DNA from: Octopus sinensis
Lineage: Eukaryota
Assembly (NCBI RefSeq): GCF_006345805.1
Contig: NC_042999.1
Coordinates: 98,146,001 to 98,210,000, forward strand
Length of the DNA stretch: 64,000 nucleotides
Direction: 5' to 3'
Of this stretch, positions 27,655 through 40,802 are shown in pieces. The position numbers and the translations under genes are program-made. The notes below the pieces were generated by a model that was given only the letters and a program-made list of their open reading frames with translations, had not been told where the DNA came from and did no database searches. Every line of letters starts with the position of its first letter. Within the stretch, counting starts at the first letter, position 1.

Positions 27655-29200
27655 TTTGGTAGGTTTCGGTCACATTGACCCAGGCCATAACTAACTTAAT
27701 AGCACCACCTAGAAATAGCATTTAGTAATGTATTTTTGTAGAGTTATTTTTAGGCACCATTGCCCATTCGATTAAAGAGTTGTTTGCACCAGTATGTATG
27801 GGTGTAGGTGGTTTATCTGGAATTTTTTTGAGATATTCATTCAGGAACTGTTTGAAGGTTATGAAATCTTTTCCCTCCTTTTTATGTTTTGGAATGATGT
27901 TAAAAAGAGCAAGTCTAGTTGAGGAGAAGTAATTGTGTCTTTGTGTTGTGATTTCTGTAAAGGACGAATTTCTGTAAAGGACGAATAGCACAGGGACCAG
28001 GCCTTGGGTGGATTTTAAAGTGATACCGATATCATTCGGGCAATACTGTCGGAACAATTTCCACATCATACAAATAATAAAGCGCATTCGGCCGCGCTGG
28101 AAAAGAATACAGTTTGAGATTCGCGAGTCGATCCCGTAATTAAGACCAGACATGCCATCAATTTTTTTTGTAATTGATCTCTGGAGTGCTTCAAGCTTTT
28201 AGATATCCTGGCTCGTGTAGGGAGACCATAGCGGATCATAGAGACCATAGCATTAAAGGGGGGGAGGCGAAGGTAGAACAATGAAGGATAATGGTTTGAG
28301 CATATCTAGACTGGAAAGTCCTGAGCATCCAGGAGCACGCCCTGAGGGTCATACCGATTTTCTTGTTTATGTGGACACTTCAACTTAAGTTATCGTCGAC
28401 AGTCACACCGAGGTCCCTAACGGTATTTGATGCCGTGAGGTATTCACCTGAAGGAAGAATATATGGTTGTTAAGTGCAGCCTCTTTACCAAAGTGGATTA
28501 ACTTAAACTTGTTCTCGTTCAGTTGCATGTTATGTTTTTGCGTCCATTGGATAATAGCAACTAGATCCGATTGAAGATTTGTCCGGTCTCCCATCCTGTT
28601 GATAACCTTCAGAAGCTTAGTGTCATCCCCGAAAATTTTTATGTTACTGTATTTAATGACCCTGATGATGTCATTTATGTCGATAAGGAATAGGAGTGGG
28701 CCTGACACAGTGCCTTGTGGGGCACCACTGATGACTTTTGCTGTGCTTGATCGAACACCATTGATCACCATATGCTGTGTTCTGTTCACCAGAAAAAATT
28801 TAAACCACTTTAGAAGCTCCCCTTGTACTCCAATGCTGGAGAGTTTTTTTAACAAGATGTTGTGGTCAACCTTGTCAAAGGCCTTGCTGAAGTCAAGATA
28901 TATGACATCTGCATTGGATCCTTTACCCAAGGCCTTTAGGATATCGTCGAAATGATGCAAGAGCTGTGTAAGTTAGTCCCTGCCATTGCGGAAACCATGC
29001 TGGTTGGGAACCAGCAGGTTGTTGCTTTCCAGGAAGTGTGTCACTCTAGATCGCACCACTCTCTCAAATAGTTTGAAGAGATGAGAATTAAGGGAGATAG
29101 GTCGGTAATTCACTGCTTGGAACTTGCTGCCCGTTTTGAAGACTGGAACGATCGACTGAGAAGGGAAACCATCAGGAATATAGCCAGCGTCTATAGAATG
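27655..29200 (-). mobile_element. CR1/L2-group LINE, 5'-truncated, RT pseudogene
   Basis: NYRPISLNSHLFKLFER, NQHGFR, IYLDFSKAFDKVDH, GAPQGTVSGPLLFL, IFGDDTK, C-terminal YLKKIPDKP; 3' UTR hairpin. Confidence 0.93.
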
Positions 29201-29414
29201 GCTAGGGGGAATGCGAGGTGGTGATGGCATTCCTTTAGGACTTTAGCGAGGTGTTGTATGTATGTATGTATGATGTATGTATGTATGTATGTATGTATGT
29301 ATGTATATATGTATGTGCGCGAGTGTGTGAGTGAGTGTGTGTGTGTATATATATATAAATACATATATAGTGTATACATTAGGTTGTAAGAAATATATTG
29401 TATAACATATATCA

Positions 29415-29590
29415 TTTAAACTTCTATGCGTCATCGCCAGCTTTATCACCCTTGCAATGGTCATTTGTTAAGATTGGGTTTTGATTAAGTAGTGACGTCC
29501 ATATTATTGCTCTCTTTCGAGTTTCTTGCGGTGATGTAGGTTCATCTAGGAGCATGGACAAGAGGAGATTGTTTCTTAAAATTATCTATA
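29415..29590 (-). mobile_element. CR1/L2-group LINE extreme 3' remnant
   Basis: LLSMLLDEPTSPQETRKRAI..SLLNQ parallels PDEPTTRHEVQKRAAESNS at 30100. Confidence 0.5.
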
Positions 29591-29742
29591 TGTATGTAGA
29601 GCATATTTCTATACGTATACACCACAGGAACACACATACACACATACATTAATGTATGTATACGTATGCAGTTATACATATAAATTGTGTATAGATGTAT
29701 GTGTCTACTGTATATATAAAGGAATGTATATATATATATATC

Positions 29743-29780
<38 letters not shown>

Positions 29781-29879
29781 ATGTATGTGTGTGTTGGTGC
29801 GGTTGGTGTGTGTGGTGTGTGTGTGGTGTGTGCGTGTATGTTACATATATATAGAAAATTCTAGAAGCGCTAGTACCTA

Positions 29880-30265
29880 ATTTCCGCATTGAGTGTTATA
29901 CAAATGCCAGAACTGGCCATCATTGTATTGTACCAAAGGTACCATCCACTCCATCTAAATTCAGGACCAGGTACTGCAATAGTCTAGGGCCGAAAGGCCC
30001 ACAGCTCGTCAATGCCCTGCCATAAAAATTAACAAATCTGCACAAGGTGGAAATAAATGTCATCAAAAAGGAACTAGATATCCTCCTCTCCACAAAACCT
30101 GATGAACCAACAACCAGGCATGAGGTACAGAAGAGGGCAGCGGAATCAAACTCCCCTGTATATCAAATGGGCCAGCACTTAGGACAAAGGCACATGCAGG
30201 AAATCAGAAAGACCACGGTGGTGCTCCAGCATGACCGCAGCCAATTGGCTGAAACGAGTAAAAGA

Positions 30266-30266
<1 letters not shown>
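29880..30266 (+). mobile_element. CR1/L2-group LINE 3' end whose tail is shared with SINE S2
   Basis: KKELDILLSTKPDEPTTRHEVQKRAAESNS followed by ggtggtgctccagcatgaccgcagccaattggctgaaacgagtaaaagag. Confidence 0.85.
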
Positions 30267-30309
<43 letters not shown>

Positions 30310-30499
30310 GTGTTTTTCTATATGTATATATTATGTAGGAGTGTGCATATATACATACAAATATGCCTACATATACACATACATATATATATACAAATAT
30401 AGATATATGTATGTATAATGTATAGAAATACATACATATATATATATAGAAATATATATATGTATATATGTTATATGTATATATATATAAATATAAATA

Positions 30500-30547
<48 letters not shown>

Positions 30548-30668
30548 TCACACACACATATATGCATGTATATCTATCTATTTATCTATATATGTATTTA
30601 CAGTCATAAATAAATACAAAAGCACAAAATCACACCCTTATATATATGTGTTGTATATATATTATATA

Positions 30669-30702
<34 letters not shown>

Positions 30703-31193
30703 CTATATATATATATACATATACATATATATATCTGTGTGTGTACGTTTATATGTACATAAAACATAATTTTGCATAGTATGACTACATTAAAATCATC
30801 ATAATTTACTAATGTTTCTCACCGTTGTTTACCTATAATATAGGATGAATAATCTGTATTTTAAATGCATGTTTCATAAAACTGAAAATTGCACGTCTCT
30901 ATTTATCGTAATTATTTGCTATCTGAATATTTTCTGATTATTCAGGGAAAGAAGTAAAAAAAAAAAGAAGAATTGTAAATAGAAACACAAAGCTGTGTAT
31001 TTAGAAATAAATTTTGCGACTTCAAAAATATTCATTAATCCAAATGAATTGAATGCCTTTTATCTAATTGTATATAGAAATGTTTACAAACATGCATACA
31101 AGCGTAAAATATATGCACACATATATTCATACACAACACACAGAAACACACACATAGACACACACAGCATATATATACACGACTATATGTAAC

Positions 31194-31244
<51 letters not shown>

Positions 31245-31477
31245 AAATTATACATATGCATAGATGGATTTGCATATATGCACGTATATCCATAGTATAT
31301 ATACACACACATATATGTAAAATGAATAAACATATGCATGGATATATGCATATATCTGTTAATTATATAAATATCTATAATGCGTGTGCATATTATATAA
31401 TGTTTATATATATATATATATATATATAATTATATATATATATATATATATTATAATATATATATATATATTATATA

Positions 31478-31528
<51 letters not shown>

Positions 31529-31675
31529 TATATATAATATATATTATATATATAGATATATATATATAGAGAGAGAGAGAGGAGCTAGATAAATAGATAG
31601 ATAGACAGACAGATATACATGTATGTATATATATATATATATATATACATACATATATATACATATATGTATGCA

Positions 31676-31712
<37 letters not shown>

Positions 31713-31718
31713 TATATA

Positions 31719-31779
<61 letters not shown>

Positions 31780-31963
31780 TATGTATATATATGTGTGTGA
31801 GTATATGCGTGCGTTAGGGGGGATGTGAACATATATATCGACGGATAACAAACGCTAGCCTAAACTGTGCGGGGCTTTACTCATCATCTGTTTATATATT
31901 TTAATAATTTCTCCATTATATATATATAATTATATGTGTATGTACATATATATTCATATATAT

Positions 31964-31999
<36 letters not shown>

Positions 32000-32773
32000 A
32001 GGTATATATTTATTTATATATATATACACACACACTCATATACTTATCACCCATAATGTGGAATGAAACTCAGAGATCATTTTCAACTTACATTTCACAA
32101 AAGAAACTCAATCACTCATAAAAACACATACATGTGCAAGTTGTACTTATGAATTGAAAAACAATTTCTTTGCTGAAAAGGTAACTCCCACAGAAATACA
32201 ACTTACATTCTGTCCACAATTTCGATATGATTGGTCCTGATCATGATCTTCCTTATTCCCTGGTCACCATTCTTCCGAAAGGTCCGTATTTGAAACAGCA
32301 ATATCATAGTAGTAATTTTTTATATTTCCTGTTTTTTTTTTCTTTTTCGCAAAATTTTTTTATGTAGGAATACGTTATGCAATTGGTCTGCTTCCTAAAA
32401 CCGTAGGATGTGATTTTAACGAGATTAGGCTGCTACATCTAGCAGACCCAGTAGAGGTTCATCCGTTAGTTAAAGTTCATGAAACATACTTACATACATA
32501 AATAAATACATACATACATGCATACACACACACACACACAGACACATATTAATATATGCATATATAAATATGTCTATATGCATATATATATGTATGTATG
32601 TATATATATATATATACATGTGCATATATATATATAGACATATATGTGTGTATATATATATATTATTAATATTAATATAATTATAAATTTAGTAATAAAT
32701 AAGTTAACATTTTTAACGTCCTAAAGTCGATGAACCAACTATTGTGCTCCTCATTTTCTTTTTTTCTATATTG

Positions 32774-32819
<46 letters not shown>

Positions 32820-33461
32820 GCGGTGGTGTGTATGTATATGTGTGTGTATATGCACACGATATATACATATACAAATACAGACAAGCACCTACATACGAAT
32901 ATAAGGATATATATATATAAATATATTACATATATATATATATACATAGATATATATCATATATATATATATAATATCATTTATATATACATATAATCAT
33001 ATATATATATAGCATATATATATATATATATAATATATATATATTATATATATATATATATATTATATTGTATAAATATATACATATATATATGTATATG
33101 TATATGTATGTCAGGGATAGTTATTGCTCATGATGTATTATCACGCAAGATGTGCAGGGTGCAGTATGAACTGGTGAATTAGTATTATTTGTGCATGTGG
33201 ATGCATATCTGCATATGCACATAAAAGACTCTCACGTCTACTGCGTTATAGTAATACATACAAGTAGACATCTGTCTATTATCTATCACTATCAATATAT
33301 TAATATATATGTATGCTTATATATATATATATATAATATATATTATATTATATATATATGTATATATTACATATACACAACACACACACACATATATATG
33401 GGTATGTATGTAAATATTATTTAGCACACACACGCGCACAAATAACACATACATATATATA

Positions 33462-33499
<38 letters not shown>

Positions 33500-33526
33500 A
33501 ATATATATTATATATATATATATATG

Positions 33527-33572
<46 letters not shown>

Positions 33573-33589
33573 TATATATATATATAATC

Positions 33590-33620
<31 letters not shown>

Positions 33621-33700
33621 TTATATATATATAATATATATATATTAATATATATGAAAAAAAAGTCAAAAATAGAAAATGCTAAGATAATTTTATAGTG

Positions 33701-33750
33701 ATCTTCAGTACCGGTTTCGGTCATTTTGAGACCTTTTCAACTGTAACGAT
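33701..33750 (-). ncRNA. minimal type I hammerhead ribozyme fold, U3-A8 core variant
   Basis: Reverse complement: AUCGUUA-CAG-[UUGAAAA]-GGUC UCAAAAU GACC-[GAA]-ACCGGU-[A]-CUG-AAGAU; stem I CAG/CUG, stem II 4 bp, palindromic stem III, GUA triplet. Confidence 0.7.
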
Positions 33751-34254
33751 TAAATAATTAAATTTAGAAAATTAGAAGAAAAGGTTTTTTTAAAAGAATA
33801 TTTCTATAGTAGTGTTCAGATATAAGTAGCATTCTGCCTTTCTCTGACTCCCTTGTATATATATATGCATATCTAGATATATATGCATACATAATATGTG
33901 TGTGTGAGAATGTGTTGTGTGTGGACGTGTGCTTGTGTGTGTTTGTAAGGAATGAAATATCCAGGCGCATAAACATGTGCATACACGCCCACAAACATAC
34001 ATAATATATTGCAGTAATATATTGCATACATAATATATCGCATAATAGGTATAAATAATATACACAATTGGCCATTTATAGAAATATTTATAATTAGTAT
34101 GCAAGGCAATTTTGAAATATATATATACCAACACACACACACACACACATACACACATACACACGCACATATATACATATATATATATGTACATATATAT
34201 ACATATATATGTTTATGTATAAATATATACACATATATATATGTATATGTATAT

Positions 34255-34335
<81 letters not shown>

Positions 34336-34517
34336 CATACATAAATACATACATCCATGCACATTAGGTTAGAGAAATATATATGTGAAATCAGAGGACA
34401 AAACTCAGGGTAGCAAAATAATGACTTGAGCAAAATAATATTGATACGTTCATATATCTTTATATACAACCCCACCATTTACTGATGTTTATATGAATAT
34501 ATGAATGCTATTATATA

Positions 34518-34561
34518 TAGTGCCTTATTACTTAACACACTCATCGGTTCGATTTCCACTC

Positions 34562-34594
<33 letters not shown>

Positions 34595-34784
34595 ATATCA
34601 AAAACACACTTAATATGAATAAATTCATGTGTATATATATACACATGAACGTATTCATATTAAGTGTGTCTGCGATACGAAATCTCAGTTCAACTAAACT
34701 ACATATACAGATACGGACATATTCATCCACATATATATATGAGTGGAAATCGAACCGATGAGTGTGTTAAGTAATAAGGCACTA
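34518..34784. repeat. perfect 53-bp inverted repeat enclosing a second 66-bp hairpin
   Basis: 34518-34570 is the reverse complement of 34732-34784; inner palindrome 34604-34669. Confidence 0.9.
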
Positions 34785-34810
34785 AAAAAGAATGACTCTC
34801 CCCAGACACA

Positions 34811-34847
<37 letters not shown>

Positions 34848-34955
34848 TTATATATATATGTGTGTGTGTGTAAAATTAAGATCCAAGGATGAATGAGTGT
34901 ATATGTATGTATATGCATGTACATATACATATACATATATATATATATTTGTGTG

Positions 34956-35002
<47 letters not shown>

Positions 35003-35102
35003 GTGCATATTATATTCCAGTCCTTTACTATTTTACTTCTCCTTCGACTTAGACACTCTCATGATATATATATATATGTATGTATGTTTGTATGTATGTA
35101 TG

Positions 35103-35144
<42 letters not shown>

Positions 35145-35241
35145 CATATATATATATGCATATACAGATATATATTTTTTATATGTATGTATATATGCAT
35201 ATATATGTATATATCAAAGTATAAGTGTCACTTCGCATCTT

Positions 35242-35275
<34 letters not shown>

Positions 35276-36067
35276 GTGTGTTTCTCTCTGCCTCTATCTA
35301 TCTATCTATCTATCTATCTATTTATCTACTTATCTGTCTATATCTATATATGTTATAATAAAGAACTAGCTTTATGATCGTAACTCTTCTTATTTGACAC
35401 TTCCAGAATATTATTTTAAGTTAGACAAGTCTTGTTACTCTAATCGCTGTTGGCATATAAGAGCCGCATTCTACAATGGGAAATCCTGAAAGTAACCAAC
35501 CAAAAAATGATCGCTTGACTACTGGATTTGCAGCTAACTCCAAACTTCCTGAACTTGTCTGGCTTAATACTTAGGAGAGATTCTTGAGCAGTGATTTGTG
35601 AAAGGATATCAGAAAATGGTAGATGCATGTGAGATAAAGACCAAAGATGAGAGCAATGATTATCTTCAACAAAATGCTAAAGCAGAATAGTTACAGAATG
35701 AGTAGAGAGTTACAGCTGCATCCAGCTTGGTGAAGTGGTTGCATGGAGTCGGACGAAAAATCATACCGTGCTACAGTGTGGGTGAAAAGAACCCGGATAT
35801 TCTGTACTAGCATCAATGGTGCTCGTCACAGCTGGAAGGAGCAATATTTTGGGAAGGTGACGAAATCTTTGTGATCTCCAGCCGACAGCTGACAAAGGGA
35901 GCGCCCAATTATTGAAGCTGATTATAATATGCATACACACACATATACACATATACACATACATACACACAAACACAAAAGCACACGCTCACATATAAGT
36001 ATATATTAACTCTGTGTATGAATAAGAACACACACACATATATACATACACATGTATATGTATATAT

Positions 36068-36099
<32 letters not shown>

Positions 36100-36147
36100 A
36101 TATATAGATAAGAAAGTTTTTTGGTAAAGCACGTGGGTGAATATATA

Positions 36148-37264
36148 AGAAAATAGTAAAGTGTGAAAAAACGACAGAAGGCTTAAATGTTAAAAAAATA
36201 TAATATTTGTGTCAAAATGTCTGGAGAATATTGGAAAAATTTTTTTCCTTCCTTAAAATGACATAATTTTAAAATTTTTAAAGAAATTACCGGTTTCGCG
36301 TGTAGCTTTTCAAATTTCTTGTGACGTTATGTTTATATTGTATGGAATTATCGTTGTTTTTATTTCCAGGAGATTTCTAAATAAGGGGAGGTAGTGAGTG
36401 ATTTTTTCCGGTGTAGGGGAGATAATCGCTTAAAAAAATTTTTTGCCATTTCCTTGTTAATTTCTCTGTGTCAGTATGTTCGGATGGTTGAGTCTGGTTT
36501 GTACTTTTCAATGAAGAATGTTTCCTTGTTCAGTCCATTTGTGTTGATGATCCGAAAGCACATTGGTAAAATGGGAAGATTAAAAATTGTGGCAGTAGTT
36601 GCTTTGCGCATTTCTCAATGTGCTCACTAAAAGGTATCATTCTATATTCTGGGAATGCAATCTGTTGTCGATGCAGTGTGCATCTGCGCCTGAGTGTGAT
36701 AGTCCCGTGGAACCCACGTAGTCTTGGTGGCAGCCCGAGCATTTAATAACATAAATTATGTTTTCAGAGGCACAAGTAAAGTTAGATTTGATCTTAAATT
36801 TCTGTCCCTCTCTTAAAGAAGAATTCTGATCCTTCCAATAGGTTAGGACATGTGCACAGTTCGATCTACCACATTTTTTTACTTTTGCATCCGTAATTTT
36901 AGAAGACAATTTTGCCTTTGTGAGAATCTTTTTAAGTGATTTAGGCTGTTTGTAGCTTTTAATGATTGGTGTATGTTTAGAATTTCCTTTAATTTTGGGT
37001 TTTATGAAGTATTGGTAATTCTGGGTGATGATGGTGAAGGCTTCTTTGTTTCTGGGGTTGTATGTAGATATGTAAGGTAGTATTTTCGGGGAAGGTGTGT
37101 TGTTGTGTTGAACTTTTCTTAAAGTTTCTATGTTGATTTCTGTTGCACGTCTGATCCCATCCTCTATGAGTTGAGCTGGGTAATGTCTGTCAATTAGGGT
37201 GTTTTTGAGTTCTTGCAGTCTAAAGTTCCTGGTATTTTGTTCTGACACTATTGTGCATATCCTT
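36148..37264 (-). mobile_element. Penelope-like element, inverted arm (RT thumb, GIY-YIG, 3' UTR/pLTR)
   Basis: ORF 36637-37248 includes NIIYVIKCSGCHQDYVGST (GIY-YIG); near-identical reverse complement of 37541-38653. Confidence 0.95.
36281..36320 (-). ncRNA. minimal type I hammerhead ribozyme fold, U3-A8 variant (left PLE arm)
   Basis: Exact reverse complement of 38479-38518. Confidence 0.75.
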
Positions 37265-38649
37265 GGAAACGATTCCTAGACGATTGTTTCATTCTCTGGA
37301 ATGAAAACATAGATAAACTCCTAAAATTTAAAAACCTATTGAACAGCATAAACCCAAATATACAGTTCACAATGGAATACAACCAAAAGGAGCTCCCGTT
37401 CTTGGATATACTAATTAAAAAAATTAACCTTTAAATAGAAACAGACATTTTTTACAAAGCCACAGACGCCAAACAATACCTTCTTTTAATTCATGCCACC
37501 CAAGACACACTAAAACAAACATCCCCTTCAACCTTGCAAGAAGGATATGCACAATAGTGTCAGAACAAAATACCAGGAACTTTAGACTGCAAGAACTCAA
37601 AAACACCCTAATTGACAGACATTACCCAGCTCAACTCATAGAGGATGGGATCAGACGTGCAACAGAAATCAACATAGAAACTTAAGAAAAGTTCAACACA
37701 ACAACACACCTTCCCCGAAAATACTACCTTACATATCTACATACAACCCCAGAAACAAAGAAGCCTTCACCATCATCACCCAGAATTACCAATATCATAA
37801 AAACCCAAAATTAAAGGAAATTCTAAACATACACCAAATCATTAAAAGCTACAAACAGCCTAAATCACTTAAAAAGATTCTCACAAAGGCAAAATTGTCT
37901 TCTAAAATTACGGATGCAAAAGTAAAAAAATGTGGTAGATCGAACTGTGCAACATGTCCTAACCTATTGGAAGGATCAGAATTCTTCTTTAAAGAGGGAC
38001 AGAAATTAAGATCAAATCTAACTTTACTTGTGCCTCTGAAAACATAATTTATGTTATTAATGCTCGGGCTGCCACCAAGACTACGTGGGTTCCACGGGAC
38101 TATCACTCAGGCGCAGATGCACACTGCATCGACAACAGATTGCATTCCCAGAATATAGAATGATACCTTTTAGTGAGCACATTGAGAAATGCGCAAAGCA
38201 ACTACTGCCACAATTTTAATCTTCCCATTTTACCAATGTGCTTTCGGATCATCAACACAAATGAGACTGAACAAGGAAACATTCTTCATTGAAAAGTACA
38301 AACCCGACTCAACCATCCGAACATACTGACACAGAGAAATTAACAAGGAAATGGCAAAAAAAATTTTTTAAGCGATTATCTCCCCTACACCGGAAAAATC
38401 ACTCACTACCTCCCCTTATTTAGAAATCTCCTGGAAATAAAACAACGATAATTCCATACAATATAAACATAACGTCACAAGAAATTTGAAAAGCTACACG
38501 CGAAACCGGTAATTTCTTTAAAAATTTTAAAATTATGTCATTTTAAGGAAGGAAAAAAAATTTTTTTCCAATATTCTCCAGACATTTTGACACAAATATA
38601 TATATTTTTTAACATTTAAGCCTTCTGTCGTTTTTCACACTTTACTATT

Positions 38650-38653
<4 letters not shown>
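37265..38653 (+). mobile_element. Penelope-like element, 5'-truncated (RT C-half, GIY-YIG, 3' UTR/pLTR)
   Basis: KRFLDDCFILW (catalytic DD), IQFTME..ELPFLDI, HPRHTKTNIPFNLARRICTIVS, then GIY-YIG; a few 1-bp indels. Confidence 0.95.
38479..38518 (+). ncRNA. minimal type I hammerhead ribozyme fold, U3-A8 variant (right PLE arm)
   Basis: AAGAAAU-[UUGAAAA]-GC UACAC GC-[GAA]-ACCGGU-[A]-AUUUCUU; 7-bp stem I; predicted cleavage after 38511. Confidence 0.75.
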
Positions 38654-38700
<47 letters not shown>

Positions 38701-38858
38701 CATATGCATATATACTCATGTATATACACACACATACATATATTCTTTTACTTGTTTCAGTCATCAGTCTGCAGCCATGGCGTTTGCATTGCATATATAC
38801 ACATATACATACATATATACATGGATAAATACATATATATATACTCACATACACACAG

Positions 38859-38920
<62 letters not shown>

Positions 38921-39624
38921 AAATAAAATGAGTGACGGAGTGTATTTAGCGTATATATATATATATACAAGTGTTAAATGAAAGACGGAAGATGGAATAT
39001 ACGAGAATTTTTATTAATCACGACATAGGTGCATATGCATGCATATACATTTTTATGCTCACATACATACACACACAAATTCGTGAGTGCACGTATGTTC
39101 ACCTACTGCGGATTATGTTACAACCCATTCCGCTTTCTTGTGCATTAGATATTTATACTACTATACCTTGAATACTGCATCGACTGAGATCCCATTCGAA
39201 GAATCACTAGTATACCCTTGTACTTATGAACTTAAGTTTAAAAAATTCAGTCGATCAAAGGATATGTTGTCGATTTGGCGCAGTGGTTCGCACTGTTGTA
39301 AAGAATATAGCTAAAATAACATTCGAATTCTGCGGGTGATGTTTTACTTCACCCATTTTCTATATCTGATATATATATATATAGTGTTATGTCTGGATTC
39401 CTGAGAAGACTGAGATTCCTGTTCATAGGTCACTTAGAGTGTCATTGCTCATACTTAACTCGACTAATTTAGTTGGTAAGAAAGAGTGGTGGCGCTTTGG
39501 TGTAGCATTTAGCACAACTTTACGGCTGAAATCTGATGGGACATTCCAATTCCGCAGGGTATGTTATAACATTTCTCTCTTCAGTAATATATACACATTT
39601 ATGCTATTTTCTATTTGTGAGCGT

Positions 39625-39695
<71 letters not shown>

Positions 39696-39865
39696 TACAC
39701 ATACATACATACACACACACGCACACACATACATACATACACACGCACACTGCAATACGAACAATAATCTTTGGATGGAAGTTATAAATGTTTTAATGCA
39801 TCGCTACGCCCGTTTCCACAAATCACATGTCTCTCAATATCACAGTCCGTATTCCTGGGATGATA

Positions 39866-39904
<39 letters not shown>

Positions 39905-40613
39905 CATTTGTAGAAATAGCAACGAGAACAGAAGCTTTAAAACATAAATCAACAAAATGGAAAACGGAGTTCAACATGCAAGCATAATACTTCTATAAAT
40001 CTTTATATATTTATGTTCACGCCGTATACATGTATAGCTGCGTGTACGAGTGTGTGTAATTTGAAATGCTATCGTACTGAATCTTTTGCCATATTTGGTT
40101 TTTGTACATCCCACACTCCAGTAAGAGCCCAAGTCCACTCAATGATAATGTGGCGAGACGCATCTCAGTTTCAGCTAGAGAGTGAGAGAGATAGAGAGAG
40201 AGAGAGAAAGAAGGAGGGGAATACACACACACAGACACATATATATATATATATATAATATATATATATATATAAAGTTGTACATTTTATACAATAATAT
40301 TTAACACATTCGTGCTCACTTGGACGTGGGAAGATATTTCTATCCGCGAGGAAATTCTCTCTATAGGTACGGGATGATTTTATCCGAAGGCTTCTTCCGC
40401 AGCGCAAGATCTTTTCACGTTCAACGAACGCGTAAGAATCGATCGTTCACACATGTATTTCATTCAATGCTGTTTTGGTCATCTCTACCTTATTAATTCT
40501 ACTCGATCAGTCTTTTGTACATCAGGAAATGTATATTTGTAGTTATATACATACATACATACATACATACACATATGGATATATATATATATATAATATA
40601 TATATATATATAA

Positions 40614-40662
<49 letters not shown>

Positions 40663-40802
40663 AGTACGCATATACATAAAATTATTCATGAGCGCATATA
40701 TATATGATCGCTAATATTACACAACCACCCACGCACACGCGCTCGCACGCGCACACACGCATACGCGTATGTATATATGTGTGTGTATATATATATATAT
40801 AT

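Larger units (their letters stand above)
30267..35360. repeat. microsatellite-dominated zone, mainly (TA)n, (TG)n, (TACA)n, (TATC)n, (TC)n
   Basis: Directly visible; source of the many YIYI/HTHT pseudo-ORFs. Confidence 0.9.

Noticed and set aside
27951-27984. 17-bp tandem duplication inside the LINE 3' region
   Set aside because: Ordinary slippage; similar to the 15-bp duplication near 49530-49560.
30230-30256. SINE/LINE tail hairpin plus GAAAC as a hammerhead half
   Set aside because: No CUGANGA or UUGANAA upstream in any of the four versions; better explained as a LINE recognition stem-loop.
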